Below, one piece after another: positions 1 through 7,264 of a stretch of DNA of 24,000 bases. This DNA is from Actinomycetes bacterium (GTDB taxonomy: Bacteria; Actinomycetota; Coriobacteriia; Anaerosomatales; Anaerosomataceae): positions 8,622-32,621 of the forward strand of contig JALHJB010000011.1 in NCBI GenBank assembly GCA_022839745.1. The letters are read 5' to 3'. The notes below the pieces were generated by a model that was not told where the DNA came from, made no database searches, and saw nothing but the letters and a program-made list of their open reading frames with translations. The position numbers were made by a program, and so were the translations under genes. The stretch's first letter is position 1; every line of letters starts with the position of its first letter.

Positions 1-447
1 CTTGTCCGCGAGCGCGTACACACCCGATGGCGGCTGGACGCTCTGCGGCGGAAGGTCTACGACATCCTCGACACTGTCCACTATCAGACAGATCCTGTGC
101 GATCCCGCCGTACAGAAGACCATCGGCGTCTCGAGCGTGTACGGCACCCCCTCCAGGCCAACGAGCGTGCGCAGATCGAGCACCGGGATCACCGCACCCC
201 GCAACTCGATCAGTCCCACGAGGGCCGGGTCATCGTCCGGGACCGGCAGAAGCTCGGCCAGCTGCTGGATCTCGTCGACCCGCTCGATCGGCAGGCCATA
301 GAGTTGTCCGGCGAGCCGGAACGCTACGGCGCGATCGATATCGCTCAGCGAGGGCGCCGGTGCGGCGCCCTCAGCGAGCGTGTCAGCCTTGGCGTCGGAG
401 CCGATCGCGTCGATCACATCATCCTGTGTGTGCTCATTGCCCAACAC
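1..447 (-). CDS. cheW: CheW-like chemotaxis coupling protein (partial; C-terminus runs off the left window edge)
   Basis: Missing from the ORF track because the frame is open at the window edge. Minus-strand translation starts at GTG 447, with AAGGAG at 453-458 and a 5 nt spacer. It reads VLGNEHTQDDVIDAIGSDAK...AVAFRLAGQLYGLPIERVDEIQQLAELLPVPDDDPALVGLIELRGAVIPVLDLRTLVGLEG...CLIVDSVEDVVDLPPQSV. This is the classic CheW-domain pattern. The frame stays open to position 1 (149 codons) with high GC3. The RBS overlaps the stop of the upstream gene, so the two are in one operon. Confidence 0.8.
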   Translation of the reverse strand, partial: MLGNEHTQDDVIDAIGSDAKADTLAEGAAPAPSLSDIDRAVAFRLAGQLYGLPIERVDEIQQLAELLPVPDDDPALVGLIELRGAVIPVLDLRTLVGLEGVPYTLETPMVFCTAGSHRICLIVDSVEDVVDLPPQSVQPPSGVYALADK

Positions 448-457
448 GCGAACTCCT

Positions 458-2311
458 TCACCCGGTGAAGCGCAGGACCCTGTTCAGTTCCTCGGCACTG
501 ACCTCACCATTCTTGACCCTCAACAGGCCCGCAGCCGCCAACGGACGCATGCCAGCGGCGGTGGCCGCCGCGGAAATATCACTGACACCGGTGGCACGGC
601 CCACCGCGGCCCGTACGGGTTCGGTGAACGGCAGCACCTCGTGGATCGCGATGGCGCCGCGGAAGCCCGACTTGCCGCAGTTGGGACACCCCGACCCCGC
701 TCTGTCGCGGAGCCCCGCCGGCGCGCCCGGGATGCGGGACGCCAGCACGCCGTCGGTCTCGACCGAGCAGTTCGGGCAGTTGAGGCGCACGAGCCTCTGT
801 CCTACGGCAAGTGTGAGGGCCGCAGCGAGGCTATGCGGTTCGGCGCCAAGGTCGAGCATACGCCAGATACCCGAGGCGATATCCGCCGCCGCGAAGGTGG
901 CCACCACGAGCTTGCCCATCCCTGCCGCCTCGACCGCGAGGTGCACGTCCTCGACGCTTCGCAACCCGTCGACCGCGATCACATCGGTGTCCTGACGCAT
1001 CCCCGCGGCGATGTACGCTGCCGAGGACAGCCCGCCCGGCTCGATCATCACCTGGGCGACCGCCGGGATCTCATGTTCGATCGACTGCTCAACGGAGTAC
1101 ACGGTCTTGCCGGCCCCCGCGGCATGGGCGAGCAACGCGTAGTACGTTGCGCTCGCACCGCCCGCCACGGGTGCGCACACGAGCAGGATCCCCCGCCCGC
1201 GCTCGACCATCGCCCTGAGCGCACGCGCCTCGGCCTCGGAAACGCCGAGCTCCTCGAGCCCCCGCGGCTCAGCCTTGAAGGCGGCAAGCGAGACAACGAG
1301 GCGCTGCCCCGCGATCGTAGGCACGACCGAGATCGTGAGCACAAGGTCCTTGTCGGCGATATGCGTGCGGACCCTTCCGAGCGCCGGCCGCGTGGCCGGA
1401 ACGCCGCCAAGGTGCGCGTACTGCTTGAATCCGTCCACAAGCCCGTTCTGCAGAGAAAGCGGCGCCGAAGCGATCTTCTCGAGGCTTCCCCTGACGCGAT
1501 AGACCAGGAAGAAGTCGTCCTTGTATGGCAGCAGGTGTATCCGGCTCGCGCCTCTGGCGACCGCGTGGTCCAGGATGTCGGCCACGAGCACCGCGACCTT
1601 GCGGGTGTCAGCCACGGCGAGCACATCAAGGTCGATCGCCGCCGGCCCGGACTGCACCGCGGACTCGGCGGCCATCTGTTCCATCGTCTCGCTGATGGCC
1701 ACCGCCGCCCGGCTCGACGCGGCCTCGTCCACGGGAGCGACCGGAACGGCCGCCGTTTGATCGAGGGGCTCCTCGAAGAAATCCGAAGCCTCGACGACCT
1801 CGGTGTCGACATCGGCCGGAACACCCGGCGCCTGGGCGGCCGCGGAATCAGCGTGCTGCGCAACGGCCGCGTCGGTGTAGTACTGGCCGAGGGCGTTGTC
1901 CACTGACACCGGATCGGCGAGAACAGCCTCGACCTCCAGGCCGATGCGCTCGGCCACGGTGTCAAGGGCGAAGACGTCCATCGGGTCACCGACAGCGACG
2001 GTCAACATACCCTCGATCTCGAAGAGCGGCAGCACGCGGAACTCGCGCGCGACCGGAGCGGGCACGAGTGCGATGGCGTCGTCTTCGGGCGCATAGCTCG
2101 CCAGGTCGACCTGAGGGACACCCATCTCGTGCTCGAGCACCGACATCACATCGAATGGGCTCACATAGGCGCGCTCCATCAGGATCGCACCCTCATGGGT
2201 GCCCGCGGACCGCGCGGCATCCACCACGCTGCCCGCCTGCTCCGCTGTCATCAGCCCGGCCTCGACCAGACCGTCGAGGACCCGGCGTGAGATCCCGCTT
2301 GCCGGCGACAT
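458..2311 (-). CDS. GspE/PilB-family secretion-ATPase-like protein with an N-terminal T2SSE_N/MshEN-like domain; catalytic motifs degenerate (predicted pseudo-ATPase)
   Basis: 617 aa ORF. The N-terminus (LDGLVEAGLMTAEQAGSVV...GVPQVDLASYAPEDDAIALVPAPVAREFRVLPLFEIEGMLTVAVGDPMDVFALD) matches the T2SSE_N fold. The core (ILDHAVARGASRIHLLPYKDDFFLVYRVRGSL...) and the C-terminal tetracysteine CPNC...CPNC match GspE/PilB. The Walker A position reads APVAGGAS, the GEIRD position reads DGLRS, and the His-box position reads ATFAAAD. Confidence 0.85.
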   Translation of the reverse strand: MSPASGISRRVLDGLVEAGLMTAEQAGSVVDAARSAGTHEGAILMERAYVSPFDVMSVLEHEMGVPQVDLASYAPEDDAIALVPAPVAREFRVLPLFEIEGMLTVAVGDPMDVFALDTVAERIGLEVEAVLADPVSVDNALGQYYTDAAVAQHADSAAAQAPGVPADVDTEVVEASDFFEEPLDQTAAVPVAPVDEAASSRAAVAISETMEQMAAESAVQSGPAAIDLDVLAVADTRKVAVLVADILDHAVARGASRIHLLPYKDDFFLVYRVRGSLEKIASAPLSLQNGLVDGFKQYAHLGGVPATRPALGRVRTHIADKDLVLTISVVPTIAGQRLVVSLAAFKAEPRGLEELGVSEAEARALRAMVERGRGILLVCAPVAGGASATYYALLAHAAGAGKTVYSVEQSIEHEIPAVAQVMIEPGGLSSAAYIAAGMRQDTDVIAVDGLRSVEDVHLAVEAAGMGKLVVATFAAADIASGIWRMLDLGAEPHSLAAALTLAVGQRLVRLNCPNCSVETDGVLASRIPGAPAGLRDRAGSGCPNCGKSGFRGAIAIHEVLPFTEPVRAAVGRATGVSDISAAATAAGMRPLAAAGLLRVKNGEVSAEELNRVLRFTG

Positions 2312-2320
2312 CCGCCGCCC

Positions 2321-2701
2321 CTAACCCTGTACCTTGGACAGCTCTTCAGCGACCGCCGCCAGCAACGTGTCCGGCTCGACGGGCTTCGTCAGATACTGGT
2401 TAGCACCGGTGCGGATACCGGTGGCCATAGCCTGCTCCTCGGTCTTGGCCGTGAGCATGATGATCGGGATCTGCTTGTAGTTCTGGTCGAACTTCAGGAG
2501 CCGACAGACGCGATAGCCGTCAAGCTTGGGCAGCATCACGTCGAGCAGGATGAGATCGGGCTTCTCGGCCCGGGCGGTCTCGAGCGCCTCGGCACCGTCA
2601 GATGCGGTGATCACGTCGTACCCACCCGCAAGAAGGATCGCCTTGATCATCTCGAGGATGGTAGGGCTGTCATCGACCGCGAGGATCCGAGCGCCTGCCA
2701 T
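2321..2701 (-). CDS. Single-domain CheY-like response regulator (receiver domain only)
   Basis: 126 aa reading ARILAVDDSPTILEMIKAILLAGGYDVITASDGAEALE...PDLILLDVMLPKLDGYRVCRLLK...IPIIMLTAK...YLTKP. It carries the DD...D...T...K receiver signature. RBS GGGAGGGAG lies upstream. The gap to the next gene is 9 nt. Confidence 0.9.
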   Translation of the reverse strand: MAGARILAVDDSPTILEMIKAILLAGGYDVITASDGAEALETARAEKPDLILLDVMLPKLDGYRVCRLLKFDQNYKQIPIIMLTAKTEEQAMATGIRTGANQYLTKPVEPDTLLAAVAEELSKVQG

Positions 2702-2768
2702 ACGAGTCTCCCTCCCGATTGCCCGCGGAGCGCGCCGGACCCCCGGCGCATCACCGCATCCGGTCCCA

Positions 2769-4349
2769 TTATCCCTTGCCGGCCGCTTTCCGACACTCTA
2801 TCAGACTACGTTCACACGTCCTGATCAGCAGATCCGCCTGAAACCCGCCAGAGAACTCGGTCCAGTCGCCCTCGGGACTCTTCCTGAGAGCACGTAGGGC
2901 GTTCTCGTACTCCTTGGCCGCCGCGTCGAACTGGCGCTGCGCCTTGTAGATATTGGCGAGGTTCAGGTGCGCCAGCGCGAAGTCGGCGTCGATGTACACC
3001 GTCTTCTTCAGCTCGCTGATGGCACGCACCGCGTCGCCCTGCCGCTGGTGGATGATGCCGAGGATGTACCGTGCCACCGGCAACAAGGGGTTGATCGCAA
3101 GCGCGCGATTGCACTCCGCGAGGGCCTCGTCGTAGTCACCGGTGTCCGCATGCACGTAGGCGAGCAGCAGGTGCGCGTCCGCGTTGTTCGGATCGAGCTC
3201 CAACACGCGTCGCGCCTCATCCACTGTCTGCTCCGGACGACCTTCGCGCAAATCGGTGCGCGCTCGGTCGAGGATGGCAGCCACGTCGCCCGTTGCCGCC
3301 GATGGCCGGGTCCCGGCGCTGCCCGGGGATCCCGCCGCCGTTGCGGCAGGCGTGCCGGATCCGGTCCGGGCTCGTGAGGAGCGTGCAGCGGACGCCGCCG
3401 GTTGCTGTGCGGTCGCGGCCGCACGCGCACGTTCTCTGCGGCTGTCACCGGCCCGCGCGCCATGCGGCGCCCGCGGATGGCCCGGCACGAACAGCGTCTG
3501 TGCCGCGGGCTTCCGATACAAGAAGACGTCGCCGACCTCAACAGCCTCGAAGTCGTCGCTGATCGAAGTGAGTGTCTCCGAGTGGCCGATGAACAGATAG
3601 CCGCCATCGTTCAGGCTGTCGTAGAAGTTGCGCACCACACGGCGCGTGGATTCGATCCTGAAGTAGATGGTGACATTGCGACAGAAGATGATGTCCCAGT
3701 TGCCCATCACCGATAGCGGATACGGCTCTTTGATGAGGTTCTGATAGCCGAAGTCCACGAGCGAGCGCACCCGGTCGTTCACGCGGTAGTCGCCGGTGGG
3801 GGTCATCTCGAAATGCCGCGCGACCATGTCGGGCGCCACGTTGGTCATCGCACGCCTGCCGTACACGCCAGCACGGGCCCGTCCGAGCGCCTTGGTGGAC
3901 ACGTCGGTCCCGAGCACCTGGGGATTCCATCCGCTCGCGCTGAGCGCCATATCGTTCAGCAGCATCGAGAGGGAGTACGGCTCCTCGCCCGTGGAACATC
4001 CGGCGGACCATATCCGCAGGTCGCGATTGCCGACGGGTTTCGAGGCCATGATCTCCGGTAGCACCTGGTCCCGAAGCGCGTCGAACTGCGCCGGGAAGCG
4101 GAAGAAGCTGGTCTCGTTGATGGTCACGAGGTTCAGCAGCTCATTGAACTCACGGTCGTCCTTCTCAAGAGCGTTGTAGTACTCATCGAACGTGGTGTAG
4201 CCGAGCCGCGTGGCCCGCGTCACGAGCGAGATGCGTAGCGAGTCGAGCTTGGACTCCTCGAGGTAGATGCCCGAGTGCCGGTGGACAAGGTCCCGGAAGC
4301 GGCGGAACTCCTCGAGGTCGAGGTCCTTGGCGAGTCCCTCGTTCAGCAT
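2769..4349 (-). CDS. cheR: CheR-type protein-glutamate O-methyltransferase with a C-terminal TPR domain
   Basis: 526 aa. The N-terminal two thirds are CheR (FRRFRDLVHRHSGIYLEESKLDSLRISL...NETSFFRFPAQFDAL...LRIWSAGCSTGEEPYSLSMLL...IFCRNVTIYF...GGYLFIGHSE). An Ala/Ser/Gly-rich linker follows. The C-terminus holds TPR repeats (ADAHLLLAYVHADTGDYDEALAECNRALAINP...AHLNLANIYKAQRQFDAAAKEYENAL). Confidence 0.9.
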   Translation of the reverse strand: MLNEGLAKDLDLEEFRRFRDLVHRHSGIYLEESKLDSLRISLVTRATRLGYTTFDEYYNALEKDDREFNELLNLVTINETSFFRFPAQFDALRDQVLPEIMASKPVGNRDLRIWSAGCSTGEEPYSLSMLLNDMALSASGWNPQVLGTDVSTKALGRARAGVYGRRAMTNVAPDMVARHFEMTPTGDYRVNDRVRSLVDFGYQNLIKEPYPLSVMGNWDIIFCRNVTIYFRIESTRRVVRNFYDSLNDGGYLFIGHSETLTSISDDFEAVEVGDVFLYRKPAAQTLFVPGHPRAPHGARAGDSRRERARAAATAQQPAASAARSSRARTGSGTPAATAAGSPGSAGTRPSAATGDVAAILDRARTDLREGRPEQTVDEARRVLELDPNNADAHLLLAYVHADTGDYDEALAECNRALAINPLLPVARYILGIIHQRQGDAVRAISELKKTVYIDADFALAHLNLANIYKAQRQFDAAAKEYENALRALRKSPEGDWTEFSGGFQADLLIRTCERSLIECRKAAGKG

Positions 4350-4371
4350 CCCGTCACCACATGAGTGCTCA

Positions 4372-5103
4372 TCACGCAGGGACCTCGATGCGCTCGATCA
4401 GACCCGCGGCGTGCATGCCGTAGAGGATCTTGGCGGTCTCAAAATCGTTGTAGCCGGTGAGGTCGACGAGCTCTTTGACCGACCGGCCACCGTGCAGGTA
4501 GCACAGCAGCATCCATTCGCGCGGCTTGAGGTGTATCTCCATCGACTTGTCGCCGGGAGCCGAGGCCATGACGAACTCGGTCTCCATGTTCGGGATCTTC
4601 TGCTTGATCCTGCTCCACAGTTCGAGCCTGCGCGACGCCTCCATGATGATGTTCTCGACCGAGACCGAGATGCCGATGTCCTCATCATCACAGGTCTCGT
4701 CAGGCTCGAAGCGCAGTTCTCCCTCTTCCCAGCGGAACAGGTCGAACAGCGTGTCGTTGATCTGCTCCTGGATGAACGACTCCAGCACACGGCCGTCGAG
4801 GTAGCCCTCATCCACGAGGATCTGTCCCAGCCTGCGCCCGGCCTTCTCCTTCTTCTGGATCTTCTGGAGGCCAAGCGCCTGCCGGAGCTGCTTCTCGGAG
4901 ATGACACCCGCCTTCACCAAACGCCTGCCCAGCGACTCACGATGCCAGTTGGAGCTCGCGAAGAACACGCGGCCCTTCTTGAAGCAGACTTTGCCCTGCG
5001 CGTCGGGCCGCTCCAGATACAGGGTGCCGGTCTTCCGGCCGGTGGCGAGCAGACGGAACATGTCCGCAATGGAGAAATCTCTGAGGTTGCCCTCGAGCGC
5101 CAC
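4372..5103 (-). CDS. PATAN/DUF4388-domain protein with a tandem MshEN-type (GspE-N-like) motif region
   Basis: The ORF track extends to 5241. I prefer GTG 5103 because GAGGGG sits 8 nt upstream, giving the N-terminus (M)ALEGNLRDFSIADMFRLLATGRKTGTLYLE, which is typical of DUF4388. The 5104-5241 stretch has visibly lower GC3 and contains a candidate promoter. The central region LGRRLVKAGVISEKQLRQALGLQ...RRLGQILVDEGYLDGRVLESFIQEQ resembles the T2SSE_N/MshEN motifs. Confidence 0.8.
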   Translation of the reverse strand: MALEGNLRDFSIADMFRLLATGRKTGTLYLERPDAQGKVCFKKGRVFFASSNWHRESLGRRLVKAGVISEKQLRQALGLQKIQKKEKAGRRLGQILVDEGYLDGRVLESFIQEQINDTLFDLFRWEEGELRFEPDETCDDEDIGISVSVENIIMEASRRLELWSRIKQKIPNMETEFVMASAPGDKSMEIHLKPREWMLLCYLHGGRSVKELVDLTGYNDFETAKILYGMHAAGLIERIEVPA

Positions 5104-5177
5104 AGGTCGCACCCCTCGTATCGCGTCAACGCAGCGGGAGTATCGGTTCAGCCGGCCCCTCGGGCGGCTGCCACTCA

Positions 5178-5186
5178 ATCGTAGCA
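5178..5186 (-). promoter_or_regulatory. Candidate extended -10 element (TGCTACGAT on the minus strand) for the chemosensory-like operon
   Basis: It matches TGnTAnnnT. The same TGCTA-type element recurs upstream of ftsE, smpB and ssrA in this window. It lies about 75 nt upstream of the preferred GTG start at 5103. No clear -35 element was found. Confidence 0.3.
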
Positions 5187-5271
5187 CGTCAGACAGGTCG
5201 CTCAAACGTTTGCGGATTTGTCCTGAATCAGTCTTGCGCACCGCCTTAAACTAGCTTACGCTTCATCTTGT

Positions 5272-5297
5272 AGTACATGCGCATATTCGAATGTACT
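5272..5297. promoter_or_regulatory. Inverted repeat AGTACAT-N12-ATGTACT with an inner ATTCGAAT palindrome; candidate ArsR-family operator
   Basis: Read directly from the sequence: AGTACATGCGCATATTCGAATGTACT. It lies in the relatively AT-rich divergent intergenic region just upstream of the SD (GGAGG 5298-5302) and the GTG 5307 start of the ArsR gene. ArsR/SmtB repressors typically bind imperfect inverted repeats overlapping their own promoters. Confidence 0.3.
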
Positions 5298-5306
5298 GGA
5301 GGAATT

Positions 5307-5633
5307 GTGGATCAGAGCGAGTTCTTCTGCCTGCACTCGGATCTCTGCAAGACGCTCGCGAGCCCCAAGCGGCAGATGATCCTGAGCGCACTCAGAGACG
5401 GAGAGTCGGCCGTCAATGAGATCCAGGAGCGTACCGGCATCCCGCAGGCCACCCTCTCCCAACACCTCGCGATCCTCCGCTCGGCGGGCGTCGTCCGCAC
5501 CAGGCGCGAAGGCAACCGCATCTTCTACGCGATCACCAACCCCAAGATCATCCAGGCGTTCGACCTGATCACCGAGGTGATGCAGGAGATCATTGACGGT
5601 CGTAAGGACGCTGCGAACGGCGCCGAGGGCTGA
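5307..5633 (+). CDS. ArsR/SmtB-family winged-helix transcriptional regulator
   Basis: The sequence LCKTLASPKRQMILSALRDGESAVNEIQERTGIPQATLSQHLAILRSAGVVRTRREGNRIFYAI is the canonical ArsR HTH. I prefer GTG 5307, 4-5 nt after GGAGG. The in-frame ATG 5277 used by the track has no SD and would put the palindrome inside the CDS. Both starts share the stop at 5633. Confidence 0.85.
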   Translation: MDQSEFFCLHSDLCKTLASPKRQMILSALRDGESAVNEIQERTGIPQATLSQHLAILRSAGVVRTRREGNRIFYAITNPKIIQAFDLITEVMQEIIDGRKDAANGAEG

Positions 5634-5691
5634 AAGCGGTCGCGCGCGACTGCCGGGGATAGCACGGACTACCGACACGAGGGAGGCATCA

Positions 5692-6174
5692 GTGGACGAG
5701 AACGGAAAGAAGAGCCTGGCGATGGTGGTGATGAGCGGCGACTTCGACAAGTTGACAGGCGCATTCATCATCGCAAACGGCGCCGCCGCAATGGGCATGG
5801 ACGTGACGATGTTCTTCACGTTCTGGGGCCTGCGTGCGCTGAAGAAGAACGTTCGCACGGGGAGCACGTTCTTCGGCAAGATGGTCGGCCTGATGTACGG
5901 CGGGGGCATCGAGAAGTCCCACCCGTCGAAGTTCGCCTTCGGTGGCATGGGCCGGTGGATGTTCAACAAGATGATGAAGAACCACGGCGTGCAGTCGCTG
6001 TCCGAGATGCGCGACCTCGCCCTCCAGCTCGGCGTCGGCCTCTACGCCTGTCAGATGTCGATGGACGTCATGGAGATCCCCCAGGAGTCCTTCGTAGATG
6101 GCGTGAAGGACCCGGTCGGCGTGGGCTTCTTCCTGCTCAAGGCGCAGAACGCCGACATCCAGTTGTTCATCTAG
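5692..6174 (+). CDS. DsrE/DsrF-like family sulfur-relay protein (DsrE2/DsrE3-type, COG2210-like)
   Basis: Start is GTG 5692 after GAGGGAGG; the track ORF begins upstream at 5593 in the same frame. The sequence LAMVVMSGDFDKLTGAFIIANGAAAMGMDVTMFFTFWGLRALKK...LYACQMSMDVMEI...IQLFI has the DsrE-like fold pattern. It contains a single conserved-looking Cys, in YACQMS. Confidence 0.75.
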   Translation: MDENGKKSLAMVVMSGDFDKLTGAFIIANGAAAMGMDVTMFFTFWGLRALKKNVRTGSTFFGKMVGLMYGGGIEKSHPSKFAFGGMGRWMFNKMMKNHGVQSLSEMRDLALQLGVGLYACQMSMDVMEIPQESFVDGVKDPVGVGFFLLKAQNADIQLFI

Positions 6175-6271
6175 CGACACCAGGCTCGGAAGTATCCGCC
6201 CGCCCTGATGGCGAGCGGTGGGGATGGATCGCGCGCCACCGGGCGCGTGACTGACAGAAAGGAACCACACC

Positions 6272-6514
6272 ATGTCTGACGAGACCAAGATCGACCTGGA
6301 GCTCGACCTCAAGGGCCTCCTCTGCCCGCTGCCGATGGTGAAGGTCAGCCAAAACATCAACAACGTGCCGGTGGGCGGCGTGATCCGCGCCGTGGCGACC
6401 GACCCGGGTGCCATGGCGGACATCCCCGCGTGGGCACAGTCGACCGGCAACGAGGTCCTGTCCGCCGACAAGGAAGGCTCCGAGTTCGTCTTCCTCGTCA
6501 AGCGCGTCAAGTAG
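6272..6514 (+). CDS. tusA: TusA/SirA-family sulfurtransferase
   Basis: 80 aa reading LDLKGLLCPLPMVKVSQNINNVPVGGVIRAVATDPGAMADIPAWAQSTGNEVL. It has the CPxP active-site motif and the typical TusA length. Confidence 0.85.
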   Translation: MSDETKIDLELDLKGLLCPLPMVKVSQNINNVPVGGVIRAVATDPGAMADIPAWAQSTGNEVLSADKEGSEFVFLVKRVK

Positions 6515-6533
6515 CGAGGGGTCCTCACCAACA

Positions 6534-7262
6534 ATGGAAACCTATCTCTGGATAACCTCGGTATGGGGGGTGTACCTGGCCCTCGCGGTCTTCATCGTGG
6601 GGATCGGCCTCCGGATCTACCAGTGGGCGACCACGCCGAAGTCAGCGGTTCGGCTCGGGATGTTCCCCAAGCCGGCCACAAAGTCGGGCCGCTTCTTCAA
6701 GATGCTGAAGGACACGTTCATCGCTCCGCACTCCGCCAAGATCGAACCCACGATGTGGCTCTTCTCGATGATCTTCCACGTGGCGGCGCTCGCGGCGTTC
6801 GTGGGGCACCTGCGCATCCTCGGCGAGTACCCGATCCTGCCGGGGCTGCTCGGCGGCGAGCACGCCATGAACAACTTCGCCGCGTACGCCGGGTCGATCG
6901 CCGGCACGCTCATGCTGGTAGGCGTGGTGTTCTGGATCGCACGGCGCACCTTCGGCCCGTACAAAAACCTCTCGGTGCCGGAGGACTACCTGCTGCTCGC
7001 CCTGCTCTTTGGCGTGATCATCATGGGCGACCACCTGCGCTTCGTGTACGGCGGCTTCATCCACGCCGACACGTACCAGGAGTGGTTCAAGAGCCTGCTG
7101 GCCTTCAAGCCGATGTTCCCTGAGAAGCTGCTCTCGGGCAACGTGGGCTGGTCGCTCGGCACGCACATGCTCTTCACCGACCTGCTGCTGATGTACTTCC
7201 CGTTCAGCAAGCTCGTGCACACCATCGGGTCATTCGCCGCGAACTACGTGAGGAGTGAGTGA
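6534..7262 (+). CDS. DsrM/HdrE/NarI-like integral membrane di-heme cytochrome b (quinol-interacting subunit)
   Basis: Start is ATG 6534 (METYLWITSVWGVYLALAVFIVGIGLRIYQW...); the track ORF starts earlier in the same frame. It has multiple hydrophobic helices with conserved-type His residues (FHVAALAAFVGHLRILG, GDHLRF, FIHADTY, KLVHTIGSF), as in nitrate reductase gamma / DsrM family proteins. Its stop is coupled to the next gene: the two are 2 nt apart and the RBS of the next gene lies inside this gene. Confidence 0.7.
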   Translation: METYLWITSVWGVYLALAVFIVGIGLRIYQWATTPKSAVRLGMFPKPATKSGRFFKMLKDTFIAPHSAKIEPTMWLFSMIFHVAALAAFVGHLRILGEYPILPGLLGGEHAMNNFAAYAGSIAGTLMLVGVVFWIARRTFGPYKNLSVPEDYLLLALLFGVIIMGDHLRFVYGGFIHADTYQEWFKSLLAFKPMFPEKLLSGNVGWSLGTHMLFTDLLLMYFPFSKLVHTIGSFAANYVRSE

Positions 7263-7264
7263 CG

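Noticed and set aside
27-1906. Long plus-strand ORFs (27-995, 97-468, 380-1906; up to 508 aa) across the first 2 kb
   Set aside because: They are antisense to the CheW and PilB-like genes, which have clear domain signatures. Their translations are Arg/Pro/Ala/Gly-rich low-complexity sequence. This is typical of shadow ORFs in high-GC DNA, where stop codons are rare in the antisense frames.
2812-4179. Multiple 60-200 aa ORFs in both orientations nested within the CheR-TPR gene (for example 3008-3607, 3184-3600, 3538-4011, 3796-4179)
   Set aside because: All are contained within a gene with a continuous CheR plus TPR signature. The Ala/Arg/Pro-rich ones map to the low-complexity linker. None has an independent start context.
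5104-5241. N-terminal extensions offered by the ORF track (PATAN 5104-5241; DsrE-like 5593-5691; DsrM-like 6408-6533; URO-D-like 9481-9603; arfB 10219-10419; smpB 13091-13177; idi 21664-21945; ubiD 23247-23366)
   Set aside because: In each case the extension overlaps an upstream gene or an intergenic region with lower GC3. It also lacks an SD and adds residues not seen at the N-termini of the respective families. A downstream start with a good SD, or a family-typical N-terminus, exists in every case.
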